Shown: in pieces, positions 47,034-55,206 of the stretch | Layout of the letters: every line of letters begins with the position of its first letter | Numbering within the stretch: position 1 is the first letter of the stretch | NCBI GenBank assembly: GCA_031425655.1 | Contig: JANPJS010000312.1 | Span: 1-64,000 of the forward strand | Direction: 5' to 3' | From: Abditibacteriaceae bacterium | GTDB lineage: Bacteria; Armatimonadota; Abditibacteriia; Abditibacteriales; Abditibacteriaceae | Length of the DNA: 64,000 bases | Made by a program: the position numbers and the translations under genes | Notes under the pieces: generated by a model | Databases searched by the model: none | Told to the model about the DNA's origin: nothing | What the model saw: only the letters and a program-made list of their open reading frames with translations

Positions 47034-50000
47034 ATGATGCGACTTCTTGCGAATTTCGCGTTGACGCTGCTGTTTTGCGCGGTCGCTTCGGCCAAGACCG
47101 ATTTTAACCGCGATATTCGCCCGATTCTCTCGAATACGTGTTTCGTTTGCCACGGGCCGGACGAGGCTCAGCGCAAAGCAAAATTACGCTTGGACGTGCG
47201 CGAAAACGCCATCGAGCGCCGCGCTATCGTGCCGGGAAAGCCCGATCAAAGCGAAGCCTTCAAGCGCCTAATTTCCAAAGACCCGGACGAAAAAATGCCG
47301 CCGGCAGAATTTCCTCACACGCTGACGGCGGAGCAAATTTCTACCGTGCGCCAGTGGATTACAGAAGGCGCCGAATACAAGGCGCATTGGGCTTACGAAA
47401 AGCCGCAGCGCGCGGCGCCGCCGGCGGTGAAAAGCACGAAATGGCCGCGCAACGCGATTGACAATTTCATTTTGGCGCGCCTCGAACGCGAAGGATTGCT
47501 GCCACAGCCCGAAGCCGACCGATATTCGCTGATTCGCCGCGTTTCGCTCGATTTAACCGGTCTTCCACCCACGCCCGCCGAAGCCGATGCCTTCGTAGCG
47601 GATAAAGCGCCGGACGCTTATGAGCGTGTCGTTGATCGTTTGCTGGCCACGCCGGCGTTTGGCGAGCATCAAGCGCGTGGTTGGCTCGATTTAGCCCGCT
47701 ACGCCGATTCCGCCGGTTATGCCGACGATCCGTCGCGCTCTATTTGGGCCTACCGCGATTATGTGATTCGCTCCTTCAACGCGAACAAGCCGTTCGACCA
47801 ATTCACGATTGAACAAATCGCCGGAGATTTATTGCCGAATCCAAGCGATGAGCAGCTTATTGCCACAGCCTTTCATCGCAACACGATGACGAATAACGAA
47901 GGCGGCACCGACGACGAAGAGTTTCGCACCGCCGCCGTCGTAGATCGCGTGAACACCACGATGTCGGTGTGGATGGGCACTTCGATGGCCTGCGCGCAGT
48001 GCCACACGCACAAATATGATCCGATTACGCAAACCGAATATTTTCGGATGCTGGCCTTTTTCAACAACACCGCCGACGCCGATAAAAGAGATGAGTCGCC
48101 GCTGCATTCCTTCTTAAGCGAAGAGCAAAAAGCGCAACGCGCGGCGTGGGAAACCGAGCGCGCCGAAGTAGATGCCAAATTGAATAATCCATCGCCTGCC
48201 ATCGTTACAGCGGCAGAAAAATGGGCGCGCGAATTCCCGTTAAACCTTGATTGGCAGCCGTTGAAATCGGCGGCGCAAAAAGCGCAATCCGGCGCGGTGA
48301 TGACGACGCGAGACGACGCTTCGATTATCGTAGCAGGCGGCGCCAAAACGGATAATTACACGCTGGAATTGCCGATTACAGCATCAAAACTCACAGCGCT
48401 GCGACTCGAAACTGTGCCGGACGAGACGCTGCCGGGCAAAGGGCCGGGCCACGCGGCGGGCAATTTCGTGGTGACGCGCGTGCGTGCCTCGCTGCAAACG
48501 CCGCAAGCGCAAGGCGGCCCGAAAGCGCGTTTTGTGCGCATCGAGTTGCCGGGAAAAGATCGGCTTTTGCAAGTCGCCGAAGTGCAGATTTTCAGCGGCA
48601 ATGAAAACATCGCGTTGCGCGGCGCGGCCAGTCAAAGCAGCACTTATGCCGGGGCCGAAGCGAAGCGCGCCATTGACAGCAACACAGCCGGCGAATACGA
48701 CAAAAACTCCGTCGCGCACACCTCAGAAGGCGATGCAAATGTGTGGTGGGAAGTGGATTTAAAGTCGGAGCAAACGCTGGATCGCGTGGTGATCTGGAAC
48801 CGCACCGAACTTCCCGAACGCTTGCAGGGTTTTCGCGTGGTCGCATTGGACGAAAAACGCCAAACGGTTTGGGAAAAATCCGGCAACGAAGCACCGCCGA
48901 TTAGCGCCACCTTTGCACTCAGCGGTGCGCGCGACTTGAAATTTGTGGAAGCCGTCGCCGATTTCACGCAGCCGGAATTCGATGCCAAAGACGTATTGGG
49001 CGCGCCCGGCGACAAGAAAGATACCAAGCGCGGTTGGGCCATCGGAGGTGCGATAGGTCAGGCGCACACGCTTTCTTTGTTGACCGAGCAACCGGTTGAA
49101 GTTCCGGCGGGCGCCCGATTGATCGTGACCATCGAGCAGCAATCGCCATCCGAGAATCACACGTTAGGCCGTTTCCGACTTTCGGCCAGCGCCGACACGC
49201 GCGCTGGGGAAAATCTCCGCACGCCACCGCCGATTTTGGCTGCGCTCGCTGCGCCGCCCGACAAAGCGCGGACAGAAACCCTGAATCGCTACTACACGCG
49301 CCAAATCGCGCCCGAATTGAAACCCGAACGCGAAAAAATTGCTACATTGGCCCGGCAAATCGAAACTTTAGCGCCGACGACTGTGCCGATTTTGCGCGAC
49401 CTCGAAGCCGGGAAGCGCCGCAAAACTCAGGTGCAGATTCGCGGTAGCCACCTGATTCTCGGTGACGAAGTTTCCGAAGGCGTGCCTGTTGCGTTCAATC
49501 CGCTGCCGCAAGGCGCGCCGATGAACCGCTTGACTTTTGCGAATTGGCTGGCAGACGAAAACAACCCGCTCACCGCGCGCGTGATTGCCAACCGCTTTTG
49601 GGAAGATATTTTCGGCATCGGCTTGGTTCGCACCAGCGAGGAATTCGGTGCGCAGGGCGAAATGCCTTCGCATCCCGAATTGCTCGATTACTTGGCGACT
49701 GAACTTGTGAAAAACAAGTGGAATACCAAGCAGTTTTTGAAGATGCTCGTGACTTCGGCGGCTTATCGTCAATCGTCGCGCGTCACGGCGCAATTGCTCG
49801 AAAAAGACCCGGAAAACCGGCTTTTGGCGCGCGGCCCGCGTTTTCGCATGACCGGCGAAACGGTGCGCGATCAAGCGCTTTTTGTCGGCGGATTGCTGTC
49901 GCGCAAAATGTATGGCGTGCCGGTGCGCCCGATTCGCCCTTCGTTCGGCTTAAATGCGGCGTTCGGCGGCGGCCTCGACTGGCAAACCAGCGCCGGTGAA

Positions 50001-50462
50001 GACCGCCACCGCCGCGCGCTTTACACCGAACTGCGCCGCACCAGCCCGTATCCGTCGCTGACGACCTTCGACGCGCCCAACCGCGAGGTTTGCACTGTGC
50101 GTCGTGGGCGAACCAACACGCCTTTGCAAGCACTTGTCACGATGAACGATCCGGTTTTCATCGAAGCGGCGCAATCGCTGGCGCGCCGCATGGTGGCGAT
50201 TGCGGGCACGCCCGCCGAGCGCGTCAATTTCGGGATTCGCGCTTGTCTGACGCGCCCGGCACGCGATAACGAGGTGCAACGCCTCTTGGGTTTACACGCC
50301 GAATCTTTGGCCCTTTACAAAACCAAACCCGAAAAAGCGCGCGACATGGCGACCAATCCCATCGGCGCCGCGCCGCCAAACACCGATATCGCAGACTTGG
50401 CAGCGTGGACAACCGTCGCCAACGTGCTGCTGAACTTGGACGAGACTTTGATGAAACGGTGA
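47034..50462 (+). CDS. PSD1/planctomycete cytochrome c protein (PSCyt1-DUF1549-DUF1553) with a discoidin-like insert
   Basis: DFNRDIRPILS..CFVCHGPD, WLDLARYADS, CAQCHTHKYDP, NPLTARVIANRFW, TNTPLQAL; start uncertain (47007/47034). Confidence 0.92.
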   Translation: MMRLLANFALTLLFCAVASAKTDFNRDIRPILSNTCFVCHGPDEAQRKAKLRLDVRENAIERRAIVPGKPDQSEAFKRLISKDPDEKMPPAEFPHTLTAEQISTVRQWITEGAEYKAHWAYEKPQRAAPPAVKSTKWPRNAIDNFILARLEREGLLPQPEADRYSLIRRVSLDLTGLPPTPAEADAFVADKAPDAYERVVDRLLATPAFGEHQARGWLDLARYADSAGYADDPSRSIWAYRDYVIRSFNANKPFDQFTIEQIAGDLLPNPSDEQLIATAFHRNTMTNNEGGTDDEEFRTAAVVDRVNTTMSVWMGTSMACAQCHTHKYDPITQTEYFRMLAFFNNTADADKRDESPLHSFLSEEQKAQRAAWETERAEVDAKLNNPSPAIVTAAEKWAREFPLNLDWQPLKSAAQKAQSGAVMTTRDDASIIVAGGAKTDNYTLELPITASKLTALRLETVPDETLPGKGPGHAAGNFVVTRVRASLQTPQAQGGPKARFVRIELPGKDRLLQVAEVQIFSGNENIALRGAASQSSTYAGAEAKRAIDSNTAGEYDKNSVAHTSEGDANVWWEVDLKSEQTLDRVVIWNRTELPERLQGFRVVALDEKRQTVWEKSGNEAPPISATFALSGARDLKFVEAVADFTQPEFDAKDVLGAPGDKKDTKRGWAIGGAIGQAHTLSLLTEQPVEVPAGARLIVTIEQQSPSENHTLGRFRLSASADTRAGENLRTPPPILAALAAPPDKARTETLNRYYTRQIAPELKPEREKIATLARQIETLAPTTVPILRDLEAGKRRKTQVQIRGSHLILGDEVSEGVPVAFNPLPQGAPMNRLTFANWLADENNPLTARVIANRFWEDIFGIGLVRTSEEFGAQGEMPSHPELLDYLATELVKNKWNTKQFLKMLVTSAAYRQSSRVTAQLLEKDPENRLLARGPRFRMTGETVRDQALFVGGLLSRKMYGVPVRPIRPSFGLNAAFGGGLDWQTSAGEDRHRRALYTELRRTSPYPSLTTFDAPNREVCTVRRGRTNTPLQALVTMNDPVFIEAAQSLARRMVAIAGTPAERVNFGIRACLTRPARDNEVQRLLGLHAESLALYKTKPEKARDMATNPIGAAPPNTDIADLAAWTTVANVLLNLDETLMKR

Positions 50463-50470
50463 TTTTCAAA

Positions 50471-50569
50471 GGAACACGGATTTGCGCGGAAACGGCCACA
50501 GATTTTCGCAGATCAATCCGAGGAAAAAACCGTGTGAATCCGTGGCCGTTTCCGTGAAACCCGTGTTCC
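50471..50569. repeat. CACGGA-type inverted repeat element
   Basis: ggaacacgg.ttt..gcggaaacggccac ... gtggccgtttccgtgaaacccgtgttcc. Confidence 0.75.
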
Positions 50570-50590
50570 ATTGAAAGTATGAGATTCGAT

Positions 50591-52048
50591 ATGCAACCAG
50601 ACCTCGAAAATTTACAAAACGTCACGCGCCGGCATTTTCTTAAAAGTGCCGGGTGCCTCAGTCTGGGCGCGATTGCGCTTGATGTGCTGCAAGCGCGCCC
50701 CGCTGCCGCCGATGCGATACAAGGCACGATTAATCCGCTGGCGCCGCACAAGCCGCATTTCGCGCCGAAAATTAAGCGCGTCATTTATCTGCATATGTCG
50801 GGCGGGCCGCCGCATCTCGATATTCTCGATTACAAGCCGGAACTGGTCAAACGCGACGGCCAAAACGCGCCCGATGAGTTCGTAAAAGGGAAAAAGTTCG
50901 CCTTCACGAGCGGCACGCCGAAACTGATGGGCACGCCGCGCACCTTTGCGCAGCACGGCAAAAACGGCTTGTGGCTGTCGGACGCCGTGCCGCATTTTCA
51001 AGGCATCGCCGATGAATTGTGCGTGATTAAATCCATGCACACCGACCAGTTCAACCACGCGCCCGCCGAACTGCTTTTATTTACCGGGTCGCCGCGACAA
51101 GGGCGGCCTTCGATGGGTTCGTGGGTGACTTACGGGCTGGGTAGCGAAAACGAAAACTTGCCCGGCTTCGTAGTGCTAATTAGCAGCGGCGTGCAGCCGA
51201 GCGCCGGACAAAGCGCGTGGGGCAGTGGGTTTCTGCCGTCAGTTTTTCAGGGCGTGCAATGCCGCTCGAAAGGCGATCCGGTGCTTTATGTTTCCGACCC
51301 GCCCGGCATGGACAGGGAGCTTCGCCGCAAAACTTTGGACGCGCTGCGCGACCTCAACGCTGAGCAGGGCCGCGAGATGGGCAACCCGGAAACGCAGACG
51401 CGCATCGCGCAATATGAACTGGCGTTTCGGATGCAAACCAGCGTGCCCGAAGTGATGGACATCGCGCGCGAACCGCCCGCAACATTAGAAGCCTACGGCG
51501 CGCAGCCGGGCGAATCGAGCTTCGCCAACAATTGCCTTTTGGCGCGTCGTTTAGTCGAGCAGGGCGTGCGCTTCGTGCATCTTTTCGACTGGGGTTGGGA
51601 TTTTCACGGCACCGGCCCGCAGGAAGACATCCGCGACGGGCTGACCAAAAAAATGACGCGCACCGATAAACCCGTCGCGGCACTGATAAAAGACCTCAAA
51701 CAGCGCGGCCTTCTGGACGACACGTTGATTATTTGGGGCGGAGAATTCGGGCGCACGCCGTTCCGCGAAGGGCGCACGTCGGGCAGCAGCGTTTTGGGCC
51801 GCGACCACTTTCCCGATGCTTTCAGCCTCGTTTTAGCGGGCGGCGGCGTGAAATCCGGCTTTTCCTACGGCCAAACCGACGAATTGGGCTTTTCCGTCGC
51901 CGAAAACCCGGTTCACATCCACGATTTACAAGCCACAATCATGCATTTGCTCGGCTTCGATCACGAAAAGCTGACCTATCGCTTTCAAGGCCGCGACTTC
52001 CGTTTGAGCGATGTTCACGGCCACGTCGTGAAAGACATTCTGGCATAG
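50591..52048 (+). CDS. DUF1501 family Tat-exported protein (usual PSD1 partner)
   Basis: TRRHFL; YLHMSGGP.HLD..DYKP, CLLARRLVEQGVRFV, WGGEFGRTP, GRDH, HIHDLQAT. Confidence 0.93.
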   Translation: MQPDLENLQNVTRRHFLKSAGCLSLGAIALDVLQARPAAADAIQGTINPLAPHKPHFAPKIKRVIYLHMSGGPPHLDILDYKPELVKRDGQNAPDEFVKGKKFAFTSGTPKLMGTPRTFAQHGKNGLWLSDAVPHFQGIADELCVIKSMHTDQFNHAPAELLLFTGSPRQGRPSMGSWVTYGLGSENENLPGFVVLISSGVQPSAGQSAWGSGFLPSVFQGVQCRSKGDPVLYVSDPPGMDRELRRKTLDALRDLNAEQGREMGNPETQTRIAQYELAFRMQTSVPEVMDIAREPPATLEAYGAQPGESSFANNCLLARRLVEQGVRFVHLFDWGWDFHGTGPQEDIRDGLTKKMTRTDKPVAALIKDLKQRGLLDDTLIIWGGEFGRTPFREGRTSGSSVLGRDHFPDAFSLVLAGGGVKSGFSYGQTDELGFSVAENPVHIHDLQATIMHLLGFDHEKLTYRFQGRDFRLSDVHGHVVKDILA

Positions 52049-52053
52049 GCAGA

Positions 52054-52128
52054 TTAACCGCAGAGAACGCAGAGGGCGCAGAGAATTCTTGAAATCCTCT
52101 CTGCGCCCTCTGCGTTCTCTGCGGTTAA
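52054..52128. repeat. Short ACCGCAGAG-family palindrome
   Basis: ttaaccgcagagaacgcagagggcgcagag and its reverse complement, between convergent genes. Confidence 0.85.
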
Positions 52129-52134
52129 ATTATG

Positions 52135-53445
52135 CTACGCGGGTGACAATTCGCGTTCGCGGCGTGCGGTTATTGCGCGGTCTTCGGGCAAGTCGTCGGT
52201 TGGCTCGCCGTAAGGCAGGTCTTCGGGCAGCGGCACGAATTCACGAATCCAAGTCCACAACTGCGAAAAGTCTTTGCCCACATCGCCGGACAAGCAGTCA
52301 GTGATTTGTCCGGCGGCGTCGGGATAGCGTTTGATGACTTGCCCGAACGAGAAATTCGGGTCGTAGAAGGCGTAAACCAACTTCCGCATATTCTCGACGC
52401 TGGCGCGCAGCGTGGCACCGTAAGGTGCGAAGTGCGCGGGCGACAAATCACCTGAAACCAATCCTTCATGCACCGATTCGCCCGCCATCATGCCGCTTTT
52501 CAAGGCCAGCATCACGCCGCTGCTGAAAACCGGGTCGAGAAACGCGAAGGCATCGCCGACGAGCAGCAAACCGGGCGCGGCGCAATGGCGCGAATGGCGC
52601 GAATATTCGCTGGTGATGAAGTAATCGCCGGTGGATTCGCCCAATGCGAGGTGGGTTTTAATCCACTGATTTTCTTCGATTTCGCGCTCGAAAATCGCTT
52701 TGGGATCGCGCACGCCATCGCGCGTGAGATACGGGCCTTCGGCGACGACGCCAACGCTGGTCATCTTATCATGCTGCGGAATGTGCCAGAACCAGCCTTT
52801 GTCGGGCACATAAGCGACCGTTGTGTCGCCCTCGTCAATGCCTTCGCCGCGCTGTGAGCCTTTGTAATACGTCCAGACCGCGATTTTATTGAGATACGGG
52901 TCTTGCATCCGCCAGCCCTGACGCACGGCAGAAAACGCTTCTTTTCCGGTGCAGTCGAGCGTCATTTGGGCGCGATATTCCGTCACGTTGCCGTCTTTAT
53001 CCAGCGCTTGCGCGCCGGCCACGCGCCCGTCTTCCTTAATGAGCGCGGTGACTTTGGTTTCTTCGCGCACATGGGCGCCTTTTTCGCGCGCGTTGTCGAG
53101 CAGCATCTGGTCGAACTCAGAGCGCAAGACCTGCCACGTTTGCGCGATGGTTTCGCGGTCGTAGCGGTTGAAAAAGTAAAACGGCTGCGAACGCTTGCCA
53201 TCCGGCGACACGAAAGTCACGCTGTATTTCTTGACGAAGTTTGAGGCCTTCATCTTGGGAATCATGCCGATGCGCTTGAGCGGCTCGAACGTGAAGGGAA
53301 TCAGTGATTCGCCGATGTGATAGCGCGGAAATTTTTCGCGCTCTAAAACCACGACATTGTGGCCGTATTCGGCCAAAATCGCCGCTGAGCAGGAGCCGGC
53401 GGGGCCGCCGCCGATAATCAGAACGTCGCAAGTGTGTGTGTCCAT
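52135..53445 (-). CDS. Flavin-dependent halogenase family protein
   Basis: GGGPAG, FPRYHIGES, GWFWHIP (WxWxIP), GDAFAFLDPVFSSG. Confidence 0.85.
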   Translation of the reverse strand: MDTHTCDVLIIGGGPAGSCSAAILAEYGHNVVVLEREKFPRYHIGESLIPFTFEPLKRIGMIPKMKASNFVKKYSVTFVSPDGKRSQPFYFFNRYDRETIAQTWQVLRSEFDQMLLDNAREKGAHVREETKVTALIKEDGRVAGAQALDKDGNVTEYRAQMTLDCTGKEAFSAVRQGWRMQDPYLNKIAVWTYYKGSQRGEGIDEGDTTVAYVPDKGWFWHIPQHDKMTSVGVVAEGPYLTRDGVRDPKAIFEREIEENQWIKTHLALGESTGDYFITSEYSRHSRHCAAPGLLLVGDAFAFLDPVFSSGVMLALKSGMMAGESVHEGLVSGDLSPAHFAPYGATLRASVENMRKLVYAFYDPNFSFGQVIKRYPDAAGQITDCLSGDVGKDFSQLWTWIREFVPLPEDLPYGEPTDDLPEDRAITARRERELSPA

Positions 53446-53706
53446 GAGTCAGAAGTTTAACCCTTTTCTGAAATAATCTCACGCAGAGATGCTTGAAGTA
53501 GACAAATGTTCCGTGCCTTTGTCTCATTCATGACTCATTTTTGTAAAATTTCTCGTAAGCGCAAAGGCACGCATGAGCAAAGGAGGTTGAAGGAATTGCG
53601 GCGCGCGAGTTTTCATAAGACCTTTTTCTTCTTTGGGGCCTTGTGTTTAAGTTCAATGCTCCGCGTTGAGCGGCGTATACTTTGAGCGACGTTGATTCCG
53701 CCATAA

Positions 53707-55206
53707 ATGGAACGAAGCATGAGCGCATTTTTTACACCGCTGAACGACGAGCCGATTATTGACGAGCAAGACCTGCTTGGTCGCCGGACGCTGCTGAACG
53801 AAATGAAACACGCCATCGCGGAAGGCACGCCGCCGCACGTCTTCGGAATTCATGGCGACTGGGGTTCGGGTAAGACGAGTTTTCTCCGGCAATTGCGTTA
53901 TGAACTCACCGGCGAACGAGTGCTTGGCCCGCACGAAAAGTTGACCGGCAAACAAGAAAAGCAATCGAAGGATTTCGCTACGACAAACGCGCACGTCACT
54001 ACGATTTGGTTTGAAGCGTGGCGCTATCAGAATGAATCGGCGCCGATTGTCGCGCTGCTGCATGAAATCCGTTCGCAGATGACATGGCGCACTCATGCGG
54101 CTGCGCAAAGTAAGCAGCATTTGCAGAAGTATGCTGAAGTGGCGATTCGTGGCGGTTTACTGCAGATGGAGCAGGTCACGAAGATGATCGGCTTTCAAGC
54201 GTCTAAAGTGCAGGACGCGGGAGAAGCGTGGGAGCGCGAGCATCTTGCGGTGACGTTGCCCTCGGATCAGATTCGCGCTCTGCTGGATGAAGTCTTGGGC
54301 CAGTTGCTGCCCTCAACCGGCAATGAAGAATGGGATGATAAGCGCCGTCTCGTGGTATTTATTGACGATCTTGACCGTTGCGAGGCGGAAACCGCATTTC
54401 GTTTGCTGGAAGGCATTAAGATTTATTTAAATCTCACCCGCTGCGTCTTCGTGTTGGGACTCAATCAGCGGGAAATTCAGCGTGCGATAGCCAAGTTCAT
54501 TCCGTCCTATAAGAAAGAGTCGGACGAAGGCGAAGTGCTGATTCGCGCGCAGGAATACATGGAGAAGCTTTGTGGCAACATTCAGCACTTGCCGCTGCCA
54601 ACCCCCAGCGCGCAGGCGAAGATTGTCGGGCATTTTCTATCGAATGTCGCCAAAGAGCCGCGGGCCAAAGACGTGAACGCGGAAATCGTGCGTCTGATTG
54701 GCGTAGAACCGTCTCTGCCGGCTAATCCGCGTCGCATTAAAGGGCTGTGTAACACCATCGCGCGGCTCGTGATGCGCCGCCTGCATAATTTGACCAATGG
54801 CGAACCGATTCCCATCGCGGAAGCGCGTGTTGTGCTGCTGGTGGCGAGCCTTTATCAGTTTCATCCGGCGATTTATCGTGTGCTGGCCAGTGACCTGCGT
54901 TTCATTGAGGTTCTAAAACGCAAGGCGCGCGAAGTAAAGCCTGCCGGAGATGCCAAATCGCCGACGATTCACGCTGTTTTGGACGACCTGCAACTAACCT
55001 TTCACCAGCCGCCCAGCGCCGAAAGCTCCGTGACGCCTGCAAGCGCGCCGCCGTCGCCCGAATCGCTGTTTGCCGACCCGGCTTATGGAAACGTGCTGCA
55101 CTGCCAACGCTTTCTCGCCGCTGTCGGCGCCGATGAAATCACCGAACAGCAGTTGCGTCCCTACGTGTCGGGAAATGAAAACGATGCCGCAAAATTCACC
55201 ATCTAA
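53707..55206 (+). CDS. KAP family P-loop NTPase (soluble)
   Basis: D.LGR, GIHGDWGSGKTS, IWFEAWRY, VVFIDDLDRC, LEGIK, EYMEK, NPRRIK. Confidence 0.92.
   Translation: MERSMSAFFTPLNDEPIIDEQDLLGRRTLLNEMKHAIAEGTPPHVFGIHGDWGSGKTSFLRQLRYELTGERVLGPHEKLTGKQEKQSKDFATTNAHVTTIWFEAWRYQNESAPIVALLHEIRSQMTWRTHAAAQSKQHLQKYAEVAIRGGLLQMEQVTKMIGFQASKVQDAGEAWEREHLAVTLPSDQIRALLDEVLGQLLPSTGNEEWDDKRRLVVFIDDLDRCEAETAFRLLEGIKIYLNLTRCVFVLGLNQREIQRAIAKFIPSYKKESDEGEVLIRAQEYMEKLCGNIQHLPLPTPSAQAKIVGHFLSNVAKEPRAKDVNAEIVRLIGVEPSLPANPRRIKGLCNTIARLVMRRLHNLTNGEPIPIAEARVVLLVASLYQFHPAIYRVLASDLRFIEVLKRKAREVKPAGDAKSPTIHAVLDDLQLTFHQPPSAESSVTPASAPPSPESLFADPAYGNVLHCQRFLAAVGADEITEQQLRPYVSGNENDAAKFTI

Noticed and set aside
53450..53700. 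Short ORFs upstream of the halogenase as a possible RiPP precursor
   Set aside because: No leader/core pattern or other RiPP genes; more likely a divergent promoter region
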